Below, one piece after another: positions 1-20,805 of a stretch of 64,000 nucleotides of DNA (positions are counted from its first letter, which is position 1; each line of letters opens with the position of its first letter). The stretch is from the human T2T-CHM13v2.0 reference genome, Homo sapiens. The stretch lies in the NCBI RefSeq assembly GCF_009914755.1, contig NC_060947.1. One strand, 5' to 3'. The position numbers and the translations under genes were made by a program. The notes beneath the pieces were generated by a model. It was not told the DNA's origin. It worked only from the letters and a program-made list of their open reading frames with translations, and did not search any database.

Positions 1-92
1 AAGTTATTATCAGTTTTAAACAAAAGCTCTTTGAGCTTCTCAATAAGTTTTGAATGTAAAGAAGTCCTGAGAGCAAATGTTTCAGAATTGCT
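1..92 (-). mobile_element. hAT/Charlie-type DNA transposon fragment (runs off window)
   Basis: Minus strand CAGCAATTCTGAAACATTTGCTCTCAGGACTTCTTTACATTC...AAAGAGCTTTTGTTT resembles a MER/Charlie terminus; family by recall only. Confidence 0.5.
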
Positions 93-329
93 GGACTAGA
101 TTACCTTGTAAGTCTTGTTCAGCTAAAATTTTCTGTATCTTTCTGACTCCAGCAGAACAGACCACTGTGTCAGGCCCATAAATACTGTTTCAATCATGAT
201 TTTTATTGCTTTGCCCATTAATTTTCAAAAAGCTGAAAAACACTGTATAAAGGAGAAGCTCTTGATTTTTTTATCTGTAGGAAACTGACTACAGTGTTAG
301 CTTTTTAAATCTCTTCTCTTTATGCTTCC

Positions 330-1690
330 AACTTTCCTCCTGTTAAGTCTCCTTTCTCCCTCTTCTTCTATTCAGTGTATTGGGTAGTTTCTTATTTGAT
401 ATTTGTGGGCTGCATATAAAATCAATTGAAATGTAAGCCCCCATAGGGAAATTCTTCTCAAAGAAAGGACAAATCATGAAAAAAGGCCCCTTCTGGACTT
501 TTGTAATCTTTAACGCCTTGTCAGAATTCATAGATTTATTATGTATTCTCTAAGGAGAAAAGCACTACGTGGAAGAATGAATAGTTAAAGGAATACATTG
601 TATTTTCTTAACTCTAAATATGTGAATATCTTAATATATAATATGTGTAATTCTATAATTTGATAAATGAAATAATTTGGTATATATACATATATATATA
701 ATCTTGAGTTTATATGTATTAAGTGCACAGTATTCACTGCAATTGCTTATCTAACTTCAACGTTTGTGAAATGTCCTACTATGTGTCTATGAGTACACAG
801 TGCTTTGTATCAGTGTCAAATGAATATGCATGCATGCAAATTCAAAAAGAGCATCTTGCTAGTTTCTTCTAGTATGGTGGTTCTTCTCAAGTTTTAACTT
901 ATCCTATAATGCTTCTCTTTTAGCCAAAATGGTAAACTAATTAAAGTAGCATGATATAAGAATACACAGATATTACCACCATCTATAGGCAAATTATTAA
1001 ATTTAGTTTTTAAAATAAAAAATATCAAGATGTCTTTGGCTGTCTAAAGACCTCTTTATATATCTTGATACAGTGCAACTGTTCGATGATATCATACTAT
1101 CAGAGCAGCTTATAGAGAACTTCTAATCTAATACCTCGATTCCTATGTGAATCTCTTTTACAACATCCACTGTCAACACAAATAACAATTAATAATTATA
1201 CTTAGGATGTCTATAATTTACATCCAGTTAAACAACAGCAAAACTTATCTCTAGCCATTACCATGTGAAAATTATAAAATAATAAATTACTATCCAGTGA
1301 TGACTACTATTGTTAAGCAGGCTTTGAGTACAGAGGGCACAAAGAACATTGAGAACAAAGTTTTTATGTGAATAAATACACTTATATTAAAGTGGGAATG
1401 AATATAGACGTAATGATCTGCTGAGAGGAGGCTAAAATCATCATCTTGGCAAAAAAAAAATATTTCATCAAGTCTTGACACATTCCAAATCTTAGGTATT
1501 GTAAATAGTGCTGCAGCAAACAAAGGAATGTAGATATCTTTTTGATATATTCATTTCCTTTCTTTTGGACATGTACCCACAAAAATTAAAATAATAATAA
1601 TAGTAATAAAACATTTGGCACATTCCTCACTCATGCTTAGCCTTAAGAAACCTGTAAAGAAATAACACAACAACATCAGGTCATTTCATT
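330..1690 (-). pseudogene. EBLN unit 10 (bornavirus N-like, ~aa 25-345; most downstream unit)
   Basis: Collinear motifs vs BoDV-1 N: PDVVVLFLY~[16 protein letters not shown]~GHEKDI (1486); PTLI*VYLFT*KL~[13 protein letters not shown] (1396); IIDILS~ISSIFS (1217, at the expected spacing); *KRFT~KKRFK; ILKTKF~LLTTDF; ORF 343-531 KALKI..EKNFPMGAY..KL..RRR~DAIKL..KENPTMAGY..QL..RRR. Many stops and frameshifts. Confidence 0.75.
1487..1614 (-). mobile_element. Tiny L1 3' fragment with inverted A-rich tail, inserted in EBLN unit 10
   Basis: Minus-strand FAAALFTIPKIWN (ORF2 C-terminus); + strand A-rich tail 1581-1612; TSD ttgacacattcc 1475-1486 / ttggcacattcc 1615-1626. Confidence 0.7.
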
Positions 1691-1699
1691 TAGAACATT

Positions 1700-1935
1700 T
1701 TTGCTAGCATTTAATTTTCCACAGTGTACCAAGCACCATGTTAGGCACTTTTCATATGTTATCTAATTTAATTCTCATAATTTTCTTAAAAGGTTGTTAT
1801 TAGTATTCCCATTTTACAGTTGATGGAACTATGATTCACAGTAAGTAAATGACTTATCCAGTGCCACTCAGTTAGTAAGGGGCAGAACTGGGATTCAAAT
1901 CCATCCTGTTTGAGGAACAAAAGATAGTCTTCATG
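1700..1935 (-). mobile_element. MIR SINE
   Basis: Core attcccattttacagttgatggaactatgattcacagtaagtaaatgacttatcc...agaactgggattcaaatcc. Confidence 0.8.
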
Positions 1936-1944
1936 TTATTTATA

Positions 1945-2045
1945 TGTAGCTTTTGAACATGTTATCATTTATACCAATATGTCCCAGTTCTTTGTACAAT
2001 CTCTGGCACATAGTTGATAATATTTTCTTGAATTAAATGAGTGTA
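1945..2045 (+). mobile_element. L2 3' end fragment
   Basis: ctggcacatagttgataatattttcttgaattaaatga resembles the L2 terminus. Confidence 0.55.
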
Positions 2046-2099
2046 TATGTGATTATTTATTATTTTACATTTGTCTTAGAAAATATTAAAATTAGTTTA

Positions 2100-2825
2100 T
2101 TTTATAAACACAGTGGAGCAGGCTGGCCCAGTATATTGGGGAAGAAAGAACGCTGTCTGGCATTTTGAGAGAAGATTGATGTTTAATTTCATGTGCTCAG
2201 TAAAGCTGATAGTTGGAAAACTTAGCCTCCATTTTTTTGCACTAATTTGGTATACTTTTTTATTTGTGTAATCATAATGTATTTCTGCTTGGATACAAAC
2301 ATAGCAACAGTAATCATGCTTTGCTTCATACTTCTAATTGGCTTTCAACCAATAATGACATGCTTTTACTGAGTGATTCCCATAGAGCGTACATAGCATT
2401 CTGTAGCATTCCATTTGTCTTATAACATTATCACCTGTGGCTTCCTTTGTTCTCTTATTAGTGAAGCCAATTTTATTCTCATGTGCTTGATTTGCAGCTT
2501 CATTTTTAGACCGACCTACTCCCACATCATATTGCTAAGACACTGTATGAATTTTGTTTCCTTTCTACCTGGGTTATCAGACACTGTATGAATTTTTATT
2601 TCCTTTCTACCTGAGTTATCAGCCTTGAAATTGTTAAATGCATTCTGTTCCTTTTAGCTAATCCACAGTTTGCCAAGGATTAAAAAAAAGTTCCTGTGAA
2701 TTAAGTCATATGGGGGATAATTTAAATAAATATGTCTATATAGGCTTTATTCAAAGCCTGTCCATAGTTGTTTGAGCAAATATTAAAAATCATTGGGAAT
2801 ACTTTGAGTGGCTGTTCAGGACTGC
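2100..2825 (-). pseudogene. EBLN unit 9 (~aa 100-310)
   Basis: NNYGQ~KFYGE; QVERK.KF~QIKKRF; EATGDNVIRQM~ESPGKEFMDQI (ORF 2334-2525); past one stop in the same frame IQAEI~VAYEI, ISAK~VSAK, FPTISFTEH~FPFLGAIRH, MKL..TAFF~IKL..AAFY. Confidence 0.78.
2538..2622. repeat. 41/42-bp direct tandem duplication (2 copies)
   Basis: agacactgtatgaattttgtttcctttctacctgggttatc / agacactgtatgaatttttatttcctttctacctgagttatc. Confidence 0.95.
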
Positions 2826-2829
2826 TATA

Positions 2830-2990
2830 CTTTGCAGTGGAAATGCTGAATGCTAGTCCAGACTCTGACATCTGCTGTTTCTTTTACCTTCAACAGGTCT
2901 TCCTCTTTGGGCCTCAGTTTGTTTATCTCAAAACCGAGTGTGTTGAGTTTTAAAGATTTCAAGCCCCTCATAAGACCTTTTTTCACTGAT
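2830..2990 (+). mobile_element. MIR SINE
   Basis: cctctttgggcctcagtttgtttatctcaaaa MIR core. Confidence 0.7.
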
Positions 2991-3039
2991 GGTAATGATG
3001 ATAATGATGATGATGTGTTTATGCATATATTATACATAC

Positions 3040-4185
3040 TTATATAGTTATTTAATATTGTTGGTTTCCTCCCCCAAAGTTAAGACAAAACTTCCAAAAA
3101 AATAGAATTGTAAAGAATTGACACTTCTTTAAAAATATAATTTAAGTTCTGGGATACATGTGCAGAATGTTCAGGTTTGTTACATAGGTATACATGTGCC
3201 ATGGTGGTTTGCTGCACCCATCAACCTGTCATCTACATTAGGTATTTCTCCTAATGCTATCCTTCCTCTTGCCCCTCACCCCCAGCAGGCCCTGGTGTGT
3301 GATGTTCCCTTCCCTGTGCTCATGTGGTCTCACTGTTCAACTCCCACTTATGAGTGAGAACATGTGGTGTTTGGTTTTCTGTTCCTGTGTTAGTTTGCTG
3401 AAAATGATGGTTTCCAGCTTCATTCATGTCCCTGCAAAGGACATGAACTCATCCTTTTTTATGGCTGCATATTATTCCATGGTGTATATGTGCCACATTT
3501 TCTTTATCCAGTCTATCATTGATGGGCATTTTAGTTGGTTCCAAGTCTTTGCTATTGTGAATAGTGCTGCAGTAAACACATGTGTGCATGTATCTTTATA
3601 GTAGAATGATTTATAATCCTTTTGATATATACCCAGTAATGGGATTGCTGGGTCAAATGGTATTTCTAGTTCTAGATCCTTGGGGAATCGCCACACTGTC
3701 TCCCACAATGATTGAACTAATTTACACCTCCACCAACAGTATAAAAGTGTTCCTATTTCTCCACAGCCTTGCCAGCATCTGTTGTTTCCTGACTTTTTAA
3801 TGATCGCCATTCTAACTGGCGTGAGATGGTATCTCATTGACGTTTTGATTTGCATTTATCTACTTTTCACACATATTTTAAGACAATTAAAATTACAATA
3901 TATAGGAAAGAAAATAAAAGAAACTTAAAATAGAGGTAAGAAGTACCCTGTGTTTTCACTACTTTCAGAGGATATAAAACAGTAGTGCAATGGTAACAAA
4001 CACATATTTTCTAGGATTGTGGGAAAAAGTTATAAGGCAGTGATCCTTAGGCATTTTGAATACCCAGTGTAATAGTCCTTGGAGATGTATAGAGATTGTG
4101 CTTATTTTCATTAAGCTACCTGTCTGATTTTTAACAATTTGCAAAATCAGAAAATATTTAATTTGCTTTTCTAGAAAATTACTAA
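3040..4185 (-). pseudogene. EBLN unit 8 (~aa 48-215), split by an L1PA
   Basis: ORF 3965-4237: LEKQI~HEKDI, TGSLM~TPSLV, LQGL~IPGL, MPKD~VPRE, LLFY~AKFY, then LTSILS~ISSIFS; beyond the L1, GSFVLTL (3095-3075)~GSFVLSL. Confidence 0.75.
3127..3862 (-). mobile_element. 5'-truncated L1PA (L1PA7/8-like) 3' end
   Basis: ORF 3472-3855 is the ORF2 C-terminus ([22 protein letters not shown]); typical L1PA 3'UTR. Confidence 0.92.
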
Positions 4186-4189
4186 AATC

Positions 4190-7100
4190 AGGCAGAGAGA
4201 GACAAGATGTCTGACTAGATGCAGCTATGAGAGCCACTGGGAGACTGGGTCATTGGGAAAACTGGCACACTTTGAGCAGATCATTGAAGGGAAGGCATTG
4301 AGGGTGAATGGGGAGAGGACACAGACACTAGACTGAAGGTGGAGGCAGCTGGGAACCCTGCACCTGTCTGTCCAGCACTATCACCTACTCCTGGCCCCCA
4401 GTGACTCCTGGGGAAGGAGTAAGTTGAACAGGTGAGCAGCGGCCTGGTTTCACCACAGACCTCTGGAATCCTACCTACAGGACACCTCATGACCACAGAC
4501 ACTTCAGCTGGCAAGGAGAGTTGCTTAGAGCGGTGGCAAAAAGAGGACTCCAGTCTGTGTAGAGATCAGAGGATTTGGCACAGGAATGGCTGAAGTGGAA
4601 CATGGCCAGTGTTGTTCATCATCTGAGGCTTGCCAACTCCTCAATGTGGCTTTACCCTTTGGATGACTGTTGGGCCTACACAGAGTAGTGTAATCTTCCC
4701 TGTGGGAGAGAGCCAGTCCAATCTGATCAACCCCCTGTCAGCCAGCCTCTCCTGCGGTCACAGCCTAGTCACACTCACTTGCAGCACAGCCTCAGATGCC
4801 CAACCACGGTGCTTGCAGGGGGGCCTCATCATAGTTCCTTCACTGACAGACCATGCCTACCCCTCAGAGAGCACCAACAAATCAGCCCCTGCTGATATGA
4901 CAAGTCCACCTGCAACCTCTCCCTGTTGCAGCCCCCCACCACCACCACTTTAACAGCATGTACACACCCATGGCCCAACCCCACCCGCTGCCATGGCTAT
5001 TAGTGCAAGTGCATGCACAGATGTTGAAACCTTGCCCCAACTGGTGCCCCCCTCTCACCACACCACTGCTGCCAGCATGAATGCATGCAGAGATGCCACC
5101 ATATTCTCCCACTGATGCACTACCCCAGCTGAGGCACATGTAACCTGCTGTGATCAAGCATAGAGATTTCACTACCACCACCCCAATGAAGCGCTTTGGC
5201 CAGCACCCCCACCATGGGAGTGTTGTGGCCGGCAGACAGGCAATACCTTGGCCCCTCCAGTGTAGTAGGTTCCTAAGCTCAAGGGGACAGAGAATAATCT
5301 TGTGGGCCTCATACCTGACACCAAAATTAGAGTATGAATCCCAGAAATGCTGAACAGAAACTTGGCCCCTTGAAGTCTTCTAAAATCAAGGCCAGTAGAC
5401 TGAACCTACCTTATACCAAAATCAGAACCATAAGAGCATCAAAGATGATAAAAGCAAATAAACCCATCCAAAAGAAAGGAATTTCAAAACTTAAAGCAAC
5501 ATCAGCCTGCAAAGATGAGAATTAACCAATGCAAGAATGTTGACAACTCTAAAAGCCAGAGTGTCTGATTACCACCAAGGGACCACACTAGTTATCCAGC
5601 AATAGTTCTTGACTAGGGTAAAATGGATGAAATATCAAAAATTGAATTCAGAACATAGATAGGAAAGAAGACCATCAACATTCAAGAGAAAGTTGAAACA
5701 CAATTCAACAAATCAAAAAAAAAAAATATGATACAAGAGATAAAAGATAATATGGCCATTTTAAGAAAGAACAAAACTGATCGGATAGAGCTGAAAAACA
5801 CATGATAATAAGTTTACAATGTAATTATAAGTATTAACAGCAGAATAGACTAAGCTGAGGAAAAAATGTAAGAGCTCAAAGACTGATTCCTCAAATTAAC
5901 TCAGAAAAAGAATAAAGAAAAGTAATTTTTAAAAATTCACAAAATTTCAAAAAATATTGGATTATTTGAGATCAAATTTATGACCCATTGGTGTCCCTCA
6001 AAGAGAAGAGGAGAAAGCAAGCAACTTGAAAAACATATTGGATGATATCATCAACAAAAATTTCTACAACCTCACTAGAGAGGCCAACTCAAATTCAGGA
6101 AATGCAGAGAACCCCTACAAGATAATATAAGATGACCATTTCCAGCACAAAGAGTTGTCATATTCTCTAAGGTTGAAATAAAAGAAAAATATTAAAGGCA
6201 GTTAGAGAGAAGGGGCAAGTCACCTACAAAAGGAGCCCCATCAGGCTAACAGCAAACTTTCAGAAACTTCAAATGCCAGAACAGATTGGCGGCTTATATT
6301 CAGCATACTTAAAGAAAATAAACTTCAAGAAAGATTGTCATACCCAGCCAAACTATGTGTCATAAATGAAAAAGTAATCAGACTTTTTCAGAAAAGTAAA
6401 TGCTAAGGGAATTCATTAGTATCAGATCTGCCCTACAAGAGGTCCTTAAGGGAGTGCTAAATATAAAAACAGAAGACCATTACTGGCCACCACAAAAACA
6501 TATTTAAGTACATAGACCATTTATACTATAAAACAACCACACAAGCCTGCATAACAACCAACTAACAACACGATGACAGAATTAAATCCAATGTATTAAT
6601 AGTAACTTTGAATATAAATAGGCTAAATGCTTCAATTAAAAACACAAGAGTGGCAAGTTGGGTAAAGAAGCAAGACTCAACTATATGCTGTCTTCCAGAG
6701 ATCCATCTCACATGCAATGACACACATAGGCATAAAGTAAAGGAATGGAGAAAGTATACCAAGGAAGCAGAAAACAGAAAAAAGCAAGGGTTGCTATTCT
6801 AATTTCAGACAGAACAGACTTTGAACTAACAATGATCAAAACTGACAAAGAAGGACATTACATAATGATAACAGATTCAATTCAACAAGAAGACCTTACT
6901 ATCTTAAATATATATGCACCTAACACAGGAGGACCTGTACTCATAAAACAAGTTCTTAGAGACCTATGAAGAGACTTAGATCACCCTGCAGTAATAGTGA
7001 GAGACTTCAACATCCCATTGGCACTATAAGACAGATCACTGAGGCAGAAAACTAACAAAAATATTCAGGACCTCAACTATACACTTCACCAAATAAACCT

Positions 7101-8856
7101 AACAGACATCTACAGATCTCACCACCCCAAAACAACAGAATATACATTCTTCTCATCTACAACACATGGCTCATACTTTAAAATCGACCACACAATTCAC
7201 CATAAAACAACTCTCAGAAAATTTAAAAAACTGAAAACATACTGTATTAGTCCATTATTACACTGCTATAAAGGAATACCGGAGACTGGGTAATTTATTA
7301 AAAAAAAGGTTTTATTGGCTCATGGTTCCACAGGCTGTACAAGAAGCATAGCAACATCTGGTTCTGGGAAGGCCTTAGGAAGCTTTTACTCATGGTGGAA
7401 GGCAAAGCAGGAGGAGGCATCTTATGTGGCAAGAGCAGGACCAAGAGAGGGAGAAAGAAGGTGCCACTCACTTTTAAATAACCAGATCTCATGAGAACTC
7501 TATTACAAGAGCAGCACCAAAGGGATCGTGCTAAACCATTCATGAAGGATCCACCCCCCTGAGCCAATCACCTCTCACCAGGCCTCACCTCCAACATTGG
7601 GGTATATATTTCAACATGAGATTTGGGTGGGGACCCAGATCCAAACTATATCACGTAACAAACACACTCTTCAACTACAGTGCAATAAAAATAGAAATAA
7701 ATACTAAGCAAACTTCTCAAAACCATTCAATTACATAGAAATAAAACAATCTGCTTCTGAATGACTTCTGAGTAAACAATGAAATCAAGGTAGAAATCAA
7801 GACATTCTTTGAAATTCACTATTTACAATAACAAAGACATGGAAACAACCTAAATACCCATCAATGGTAGACTGGATAAAGAAAATGTGGTACATATACA
7901 CCATGGAATACTATACAGTTATAAAAAATGGTATCATGTTCCTTGCAGCAACATGGATAGAGCTGGAGGCCATTATTTTAAGCAAACTGATGCAGAAACA
8001 GAAAACTAAATACTGCATATTCTTACAAGTAGGAGCTAAACAATGAGAACACATGGATTCTAGGAAGGGAACGACATACACTGGGGCTGATTTGAGGTGA
8101 GCGTGTAAGGTGTAAGGAGAAAGAGGATAAGGAACAATACTTATCAGGTACTGTTCTTGTTATCCAGGTGACAAAATTATCTCTACACCAAACCACTGTA
8201 ACATGCAGTTTACCTATATAACAAACCTGTGCATGTACCTCTGAACCTAAAATAAAAGTTTAAAAAACAGAAAAAAAGAAAACCATTAAAAAGTAGGCAA
8301 AGGACATGAACAGACACTTTTCAAAAGACAACATACATGTGGCTCACAAGCATATGAAACAATGCTTAACATCACTAATGATTACAGAAATGCAAATCAA
8401 AACCACCAAGTGGTACCATCTTGCACCAGTCAGAATGGCTATTATTAGAAAGTTCAACAACAATAATAATAATAACAGATGCTGGTGTGGTTGTAGAGAA
8501 AATGGAATGCTTATACACTGTTGGTAGGAATGTAAATTAGCTCAGCCACTGTGAAAAGCAGTTTGGTGATTTTTCAAAGACTTAAAACAGAACTACCTTT
8601 TAATTCAAAAGACGCATGCATGTGCTCATCATACCACTATTCACAGTAGCAAAACATGGAATCATCCTAGATGCCCATCAACATATCCTCTCCCTGCTCC
8701 CACCCTCCACCTTCAAGTAGGCCCCAGTGTCTGTTTTTCCTTCCTAGAATCTATGTGTTGTCATTGTTTAGCTCCCACTTTTAAGGGAGAACATGCATTA
8801 TTTCGTTTTCTGTTTCTTCGTTAGTTTGCTTAGGACGATGGCCTCCAGTTCTATTC

Positions 8857-8857
<1 letters not shown>
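4190..8857 (+). mobile_element. Old primate L1 (L1PA13-16/L1PB-like): 5'UTR, decayed ORF1, ORF2 endonuclease region, internal deletion, 3' pieces (8683-8857 inverted)
   Basis: GC-richer 5'UTR ~4190-5500; ORF2 motifs NINRLNASIK..CCLPEIHL and TILNIYAPNTG; 3' end with A tail at ~8250-8280; may be two elements. Confidence 0.85.
7243..7652 (-). mobile_element. MSTA-type MaLR solo LTR inside L1
   Basis: tgtattagtccatt...gatccaaactatatca is the reverse of the MST LTR consensus. Confidence 0.88.
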
Positions 8858-9858
<1,001 letters not shown>

Positions 9859-10206
9859 TGATATGGTTTGGCTCTGTGTCCCCACGCAAATCACATCTTG
9901 AATTGTACTCCCATAATTCCTATGTGTTGTAGGAGGGACCCAGTAAGAGATAATTTGAATCATGGGGGTACCCCATACTGTTCTCAGGTAGTGAATAAGA
10001 CTCACAAGATCTGATGGTTTTATCAGGGGTTTTGCTTTTGCATCTTTCTCATTTTCTCTTGCCGCCACCATGTGAGAAGTGCCTTTCATCTCCCACCATG
10101 ATTCTGAGGCTTCCCCAGCCATGTGGAACTGTAAGTCCAATTAAACGATTTTTTCTTCCCAGTCTCAGGTATGTCTTTATAAGCAGCATGAAAACAGACT
10201 AATACA
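9859..10206 (+). mobile_element. THE1 MaLR solo LTR
   Basis: tgatatggtttggctctgtgtcccca...gactaataca; 5-bp TSD ctggg/ctagg. Confidence 0.92.
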
Positions 10207-10211
10207 CTAGG

Positions 10212-10370
10212 AATCAAAATTTCTAGGTGCAAGTCCCCAATGCTGCCATTTAAGAGCTGTAGAATCTTGGATAATCTACTTACACTCTGTGGACCTCAGT
10301 TTTCTTATATGTAAAATAAGACTATTGAACTAAATATCCTCCATTTTCTTTATAGCTGTAAAAGTCCATC
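10212..10370 (+). mobile_element. MIR SINE
   Basis: ctctgtggacctcagttttcttatatgtaaaata core. Confidence 0.75.
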
Positions 10371-10378
10371 TCTAAGTT

Positions 10379-10690
10379 GGTTGGGCATGGTAGCTTACAC
10401 CTGTAATCCCGCTGCTTTGGGAGGATGAGGCAGGAGAATTGCTTGAGCTCAGAAGTTTGAGACCACCCTGGGCAGCACAGCAAGAGCCCATCTCTACCAA
10501 AAATAAAAATAAAAAAAATTAGCCAGGCATGGTGGCACATGCCTGTAGTCTTAGCCACTTCAGAAGCTGAGGCAGCAGGATTGCTTGAGCCCAGGAGTTT
10601 GAGGCTGCAATGAGCTATGATTGTACCACTGCACTCTAGCCTGTGTGACTAAATGAGACCCTCTCTTTTAAAAAATAAAATGTAAAAAAA
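10379..10690 (+). mobile_element. AluJ
   Basis: Dimer with J-type ttgagcccaggagtttgaggctgcaatgagctatgatt. Confidence 0.92.
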
Positions 10691-10694
10691 GGTC

Positions 10695-11395
10695 TAAATA
10701 TAAAATTGAAATCTAATGGATGTATTCCAGAACTCATGAAACTTTAAACACCTTTGAGTTGTGTATTCTCATACTGATTTTATTCTGAAAACTTATTAAA
10801 ATAAGATGCCATATTCAGTGGGTTAAACATTACATATAAGATAAATATGCAATTACACAGAATTTAGTGAATATTTTGATGTTTCAAATATATTCAAGTT
10901 TTTTCCTTTCTGTTTAGATATTTCAAAAATAATTATCTCTAAAACCTAATAATTTCAAATTTACTCATCAGTGAAAGCAAACAAACCCACCCATAATTGT
11001 GCCTTGTCAAACAAATGATTAAAAATATTTTAAAATTGGATGATGAACATGAATAGAACATTGACTTTTTATGCACATTTAAGCAAATATTTTGTATGCA
11101 TAATCATGTGAAAAGATGAAACTGTTTGAAAATGTTTAATCCTGTGAGCATGTGTCTCGTGGAAAATCTGTTTATTTTCAGAATACTTATACATTTATTA
11201 GGAGCAACCTTTATCTTTGTTTTTCCATTTATCTCCTACATAAACATTTATGAAATGTTTAAGCAAATGATGTAAGAGAGCAAAATAGTGCTATTACACC
11301 TGAATAGGTGCCCTCTAGGATGAATACATTCTAGGTATTAAAGTATGTTGCATTGAAAGGATATCACATAATAATTAATCATTTAGTGTAGATAA
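10695..11395 (-). pseudogene. EBLN unit 6 (~aa 70-295)
   Basis: TLIPRMYSS~[16 protein letters not shown] (10999)~QPWVGSF, then frameshift to LSLMSKFE~LSLLTTDFE; FMSSGIHP~FLGAIRHP. Confidence 0.7.
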
Positions 11396-11399
11396 AGCA

Positions 11400-11745
11400 G
11401 ATTATCTACACTAGCAATGAACATGAAAACCGAAATTAAAAATACTGTTTACATTGATTCCAAAGATAAAAAAATAGAGTATTAATATAGTAAAATATAT
11501 ATATAGGATCTGTGTGATAAAAATTACAAAATGCTAATGAAAGAAATAATATAAATGGAGAAGCATATTGTGTTTATAAATTGGAAGACTCAACATAGTA
11601 AATATGTCAATTCTCAATTCTCCTCAAATTGATCCGTAGGTTTAATGTAATGCCTATCAAAGTCTATGAAAGATTTTTGGTAGACATTGAGAAGCTTACT
11701 CTAAAATATATATGAAAAGTAAAATAGCATAGCTAAAATATTCAA
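11400..11745 (+). mobile_element. Old L1M ORF2 fragment
   Basis: aattacaaaatgctaatgaaagaaat...ttggaagactcaacatagtaaatatgtcaattctc. Confidence 0.75.
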
Positions 11746-11749
11746 ATTG

Positions 11750-12915
11750 AATACATTTGAATATTGTATACATTGTGCTCAACAGTTAATCTCTTAACCC
11801 TCAGCCCCTCCCACCCGCCCTGCTTTGTAGCCTCCAATGTCTATTATTCCACTCTGTGTGTCCATATGAACCCTTTGTTTAGCTTCCACTTACAAGTGAG
11901 AACATGCAGTAGCTGACTTTCTGTTTCTGAGTTGTTTCACTTAGGAGAAGGACCTCCAGCTTCATTTATGTTGCTGAAAAGGACATTATTTCATTATTTA
12001 ATACAGCAGGGTAGTATGCCATGATGTGTGAGTGTGTGTGTGTGTATGTGTGTGTAATGGTCTGTGAGATATGTGTGTGTGTGTATATATATATATATAT
12101 ACACACACACATATATATACATATATATATAATTTTCTTTATCTAATCATCTATTAATACACACTTAGGATGAATCCATATCTCTGCTATTGTGAATAGT
12201 TTTGTAATAAAATATGAGTACAGGTATCTTTTTGATATAATGATTTTTTTCCTTTGGGCAGATACTCAATAGTGGGAATGTTGTATCAACTGGTAGTTAT
12301 ATTTTTAGTTCTTTGAGAAATCTCCATGCTGTTTTTCATAGAAGTGGTACTAATTTACATATCCACCTTTAGTGTATGAGTTCCCTTTTCTCCACATCCT
12401 CACCAACATCTGTTGGTTTTTTACTTTTCAATAACTGCCTTTCTGGTTGGTGTGAGATGACACCTCATTGTGGTTTTGATTTGCATTTCTATGATGATTA
12501 GTTACATTGAGAAGTTTTACAAATGCTTGTATGCCACTTGTATGTCTTTTTTAGGAAAATGTCTGTTCATATCTTTTGCCTGCTTTTTAATAGGGTTATC
12601 TGTTTTACTCTTGTTGAGTTGTCAGATGCAGAGTATGCAAATGTTTTCTCCCATTCTGAAGGTTATCTGTTTGCTCTATTTATTGTTTTATTTTGCTATG
12701 CAGAAGCTTTTTAATTTAATCAAATCTCATTTGTTTATATTGCATTTGCCTTTGAGGAATAGGTCATAAATTCTTTGCCTAAGCCAATGTTTAGAAGGCA
12801 TTTTCCTAGGTTTTCTTCTAGGATGTTCACAGGTCTTACATTTAAGTCTTTAATCCATCTTGAGTTAGTTTTTTATATAGAGATATGGATCCAGATTTTT
12901 TTTTTTGCATAAGGC
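11750..12915 (-). mobile_element. L1PB/L1MA 3' portion with (TG)n/(TA)n microsatellite at ~12025-12130
   Basis: Antisense L1 3'UTR and ORF2 C-terminal sequence. Confidence 0.85.
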
Positions 12916-13079
12916 TCTTAAAATGGACCACTTTAAAAAAAAAACAAGTTTTCACAGATCCTCAGAGTTAGCATAAATGTTTTTTATTATCATCATGTTA
13001 CATAAATACAAACAAACATAAACAAATTTTCTTATCTTACAACCAAATTAAATCAAAGAATGAAATAATAATAAGAAAA

Positions 13080-13419
13080 CTGAATCTACAATGAGATGCC
13101 ATTTCTTACCAGTTAGAATAGCTATTAAAAAGTTGATAAATAACAGATGCTGGCTAAATTGCAGAGAAAAAGGAATGCTTATGCACTATTGGTAGAAGGA
13201 TAAATTAGTCAATCATTCTGGAAGACAGTGTGGCAATTCCTCAAAGACCTAAAAACAGAAATACCATTAGACTCAGCAATCCCATTACTGGGTATATACA
13301 CTAAGAAATATAAATTGTCCTACCATAAAGTTACATGCACACGTATATTCATTGCAACACTATTCACAATAGCAAATACATGGAATCAACCTAAATGTCC
13401 ATCAGTCATAGACTGGTTA
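13080..13419 (+). mobile_element. Host L1 3' region (continues at 20405-20805)
   Basis: [23 protein letters not shown]; sequence resumes after the TSD tcatagactgg. Confidence 0.85.
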
Positions 13420-20404
<6,985 letters not shown>

Positions 20405-20405
<1 letters not shown>

Positions 20406-20805
20406 AAATCATAGACTGGATAAAGAAAATGTGGTATATATACACCATGCAATACTATGCAGCCATAAAAATGAGTTCATGTCCTTTGCAGGGACATGGA
20501 TGGAGCTGGAGGCCATTATCCCTAGCAAACTAATACAGGCCAGAAAACCAAATACCTTGTGTTCTCACATGTAAGTGGGAGCTAAATGATGAGAACACAC
20601 GGACACATAGATGGGAACAACACACAATGGGGCCTATCCGAAGGTGGAGGATGGAGGGTGGGAGGAGGGAGAGGATCAGGAAAAATAAGTAATAGGTATC
20701 AGGTTTAATACCTGTGTAACAAAATAATTTGTACAACAAACCCCCATGACAAAAGTTTAATCATATAACAAACTTGCTCATGTACCCCTGAACTCAAAAA
20801 AAACC
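20405..20805 (+). mobile_element. Host L1 3' end (remainder)
   Basis: gactggataaagaaaatgtgg...catgtacccctgaactcaaaaaaaa. Confidence 0.88.

Noticed and set aside
343-552. Last coding exon of a host gene (acceptor-like ttttctccttag); weak FIP1L1/Tsx resemblance
   Set aside because: Low-complexity resemblance only; better explained as the N C-terminus continuous with upstream motifs
1300-1350. FVPSVLKACLTI as the [11 protein letters not shown] motif
   Set aside because: Spacing to downstream motifs favours PTLI at 1396; this segment fits the VPRES/TVVKT region
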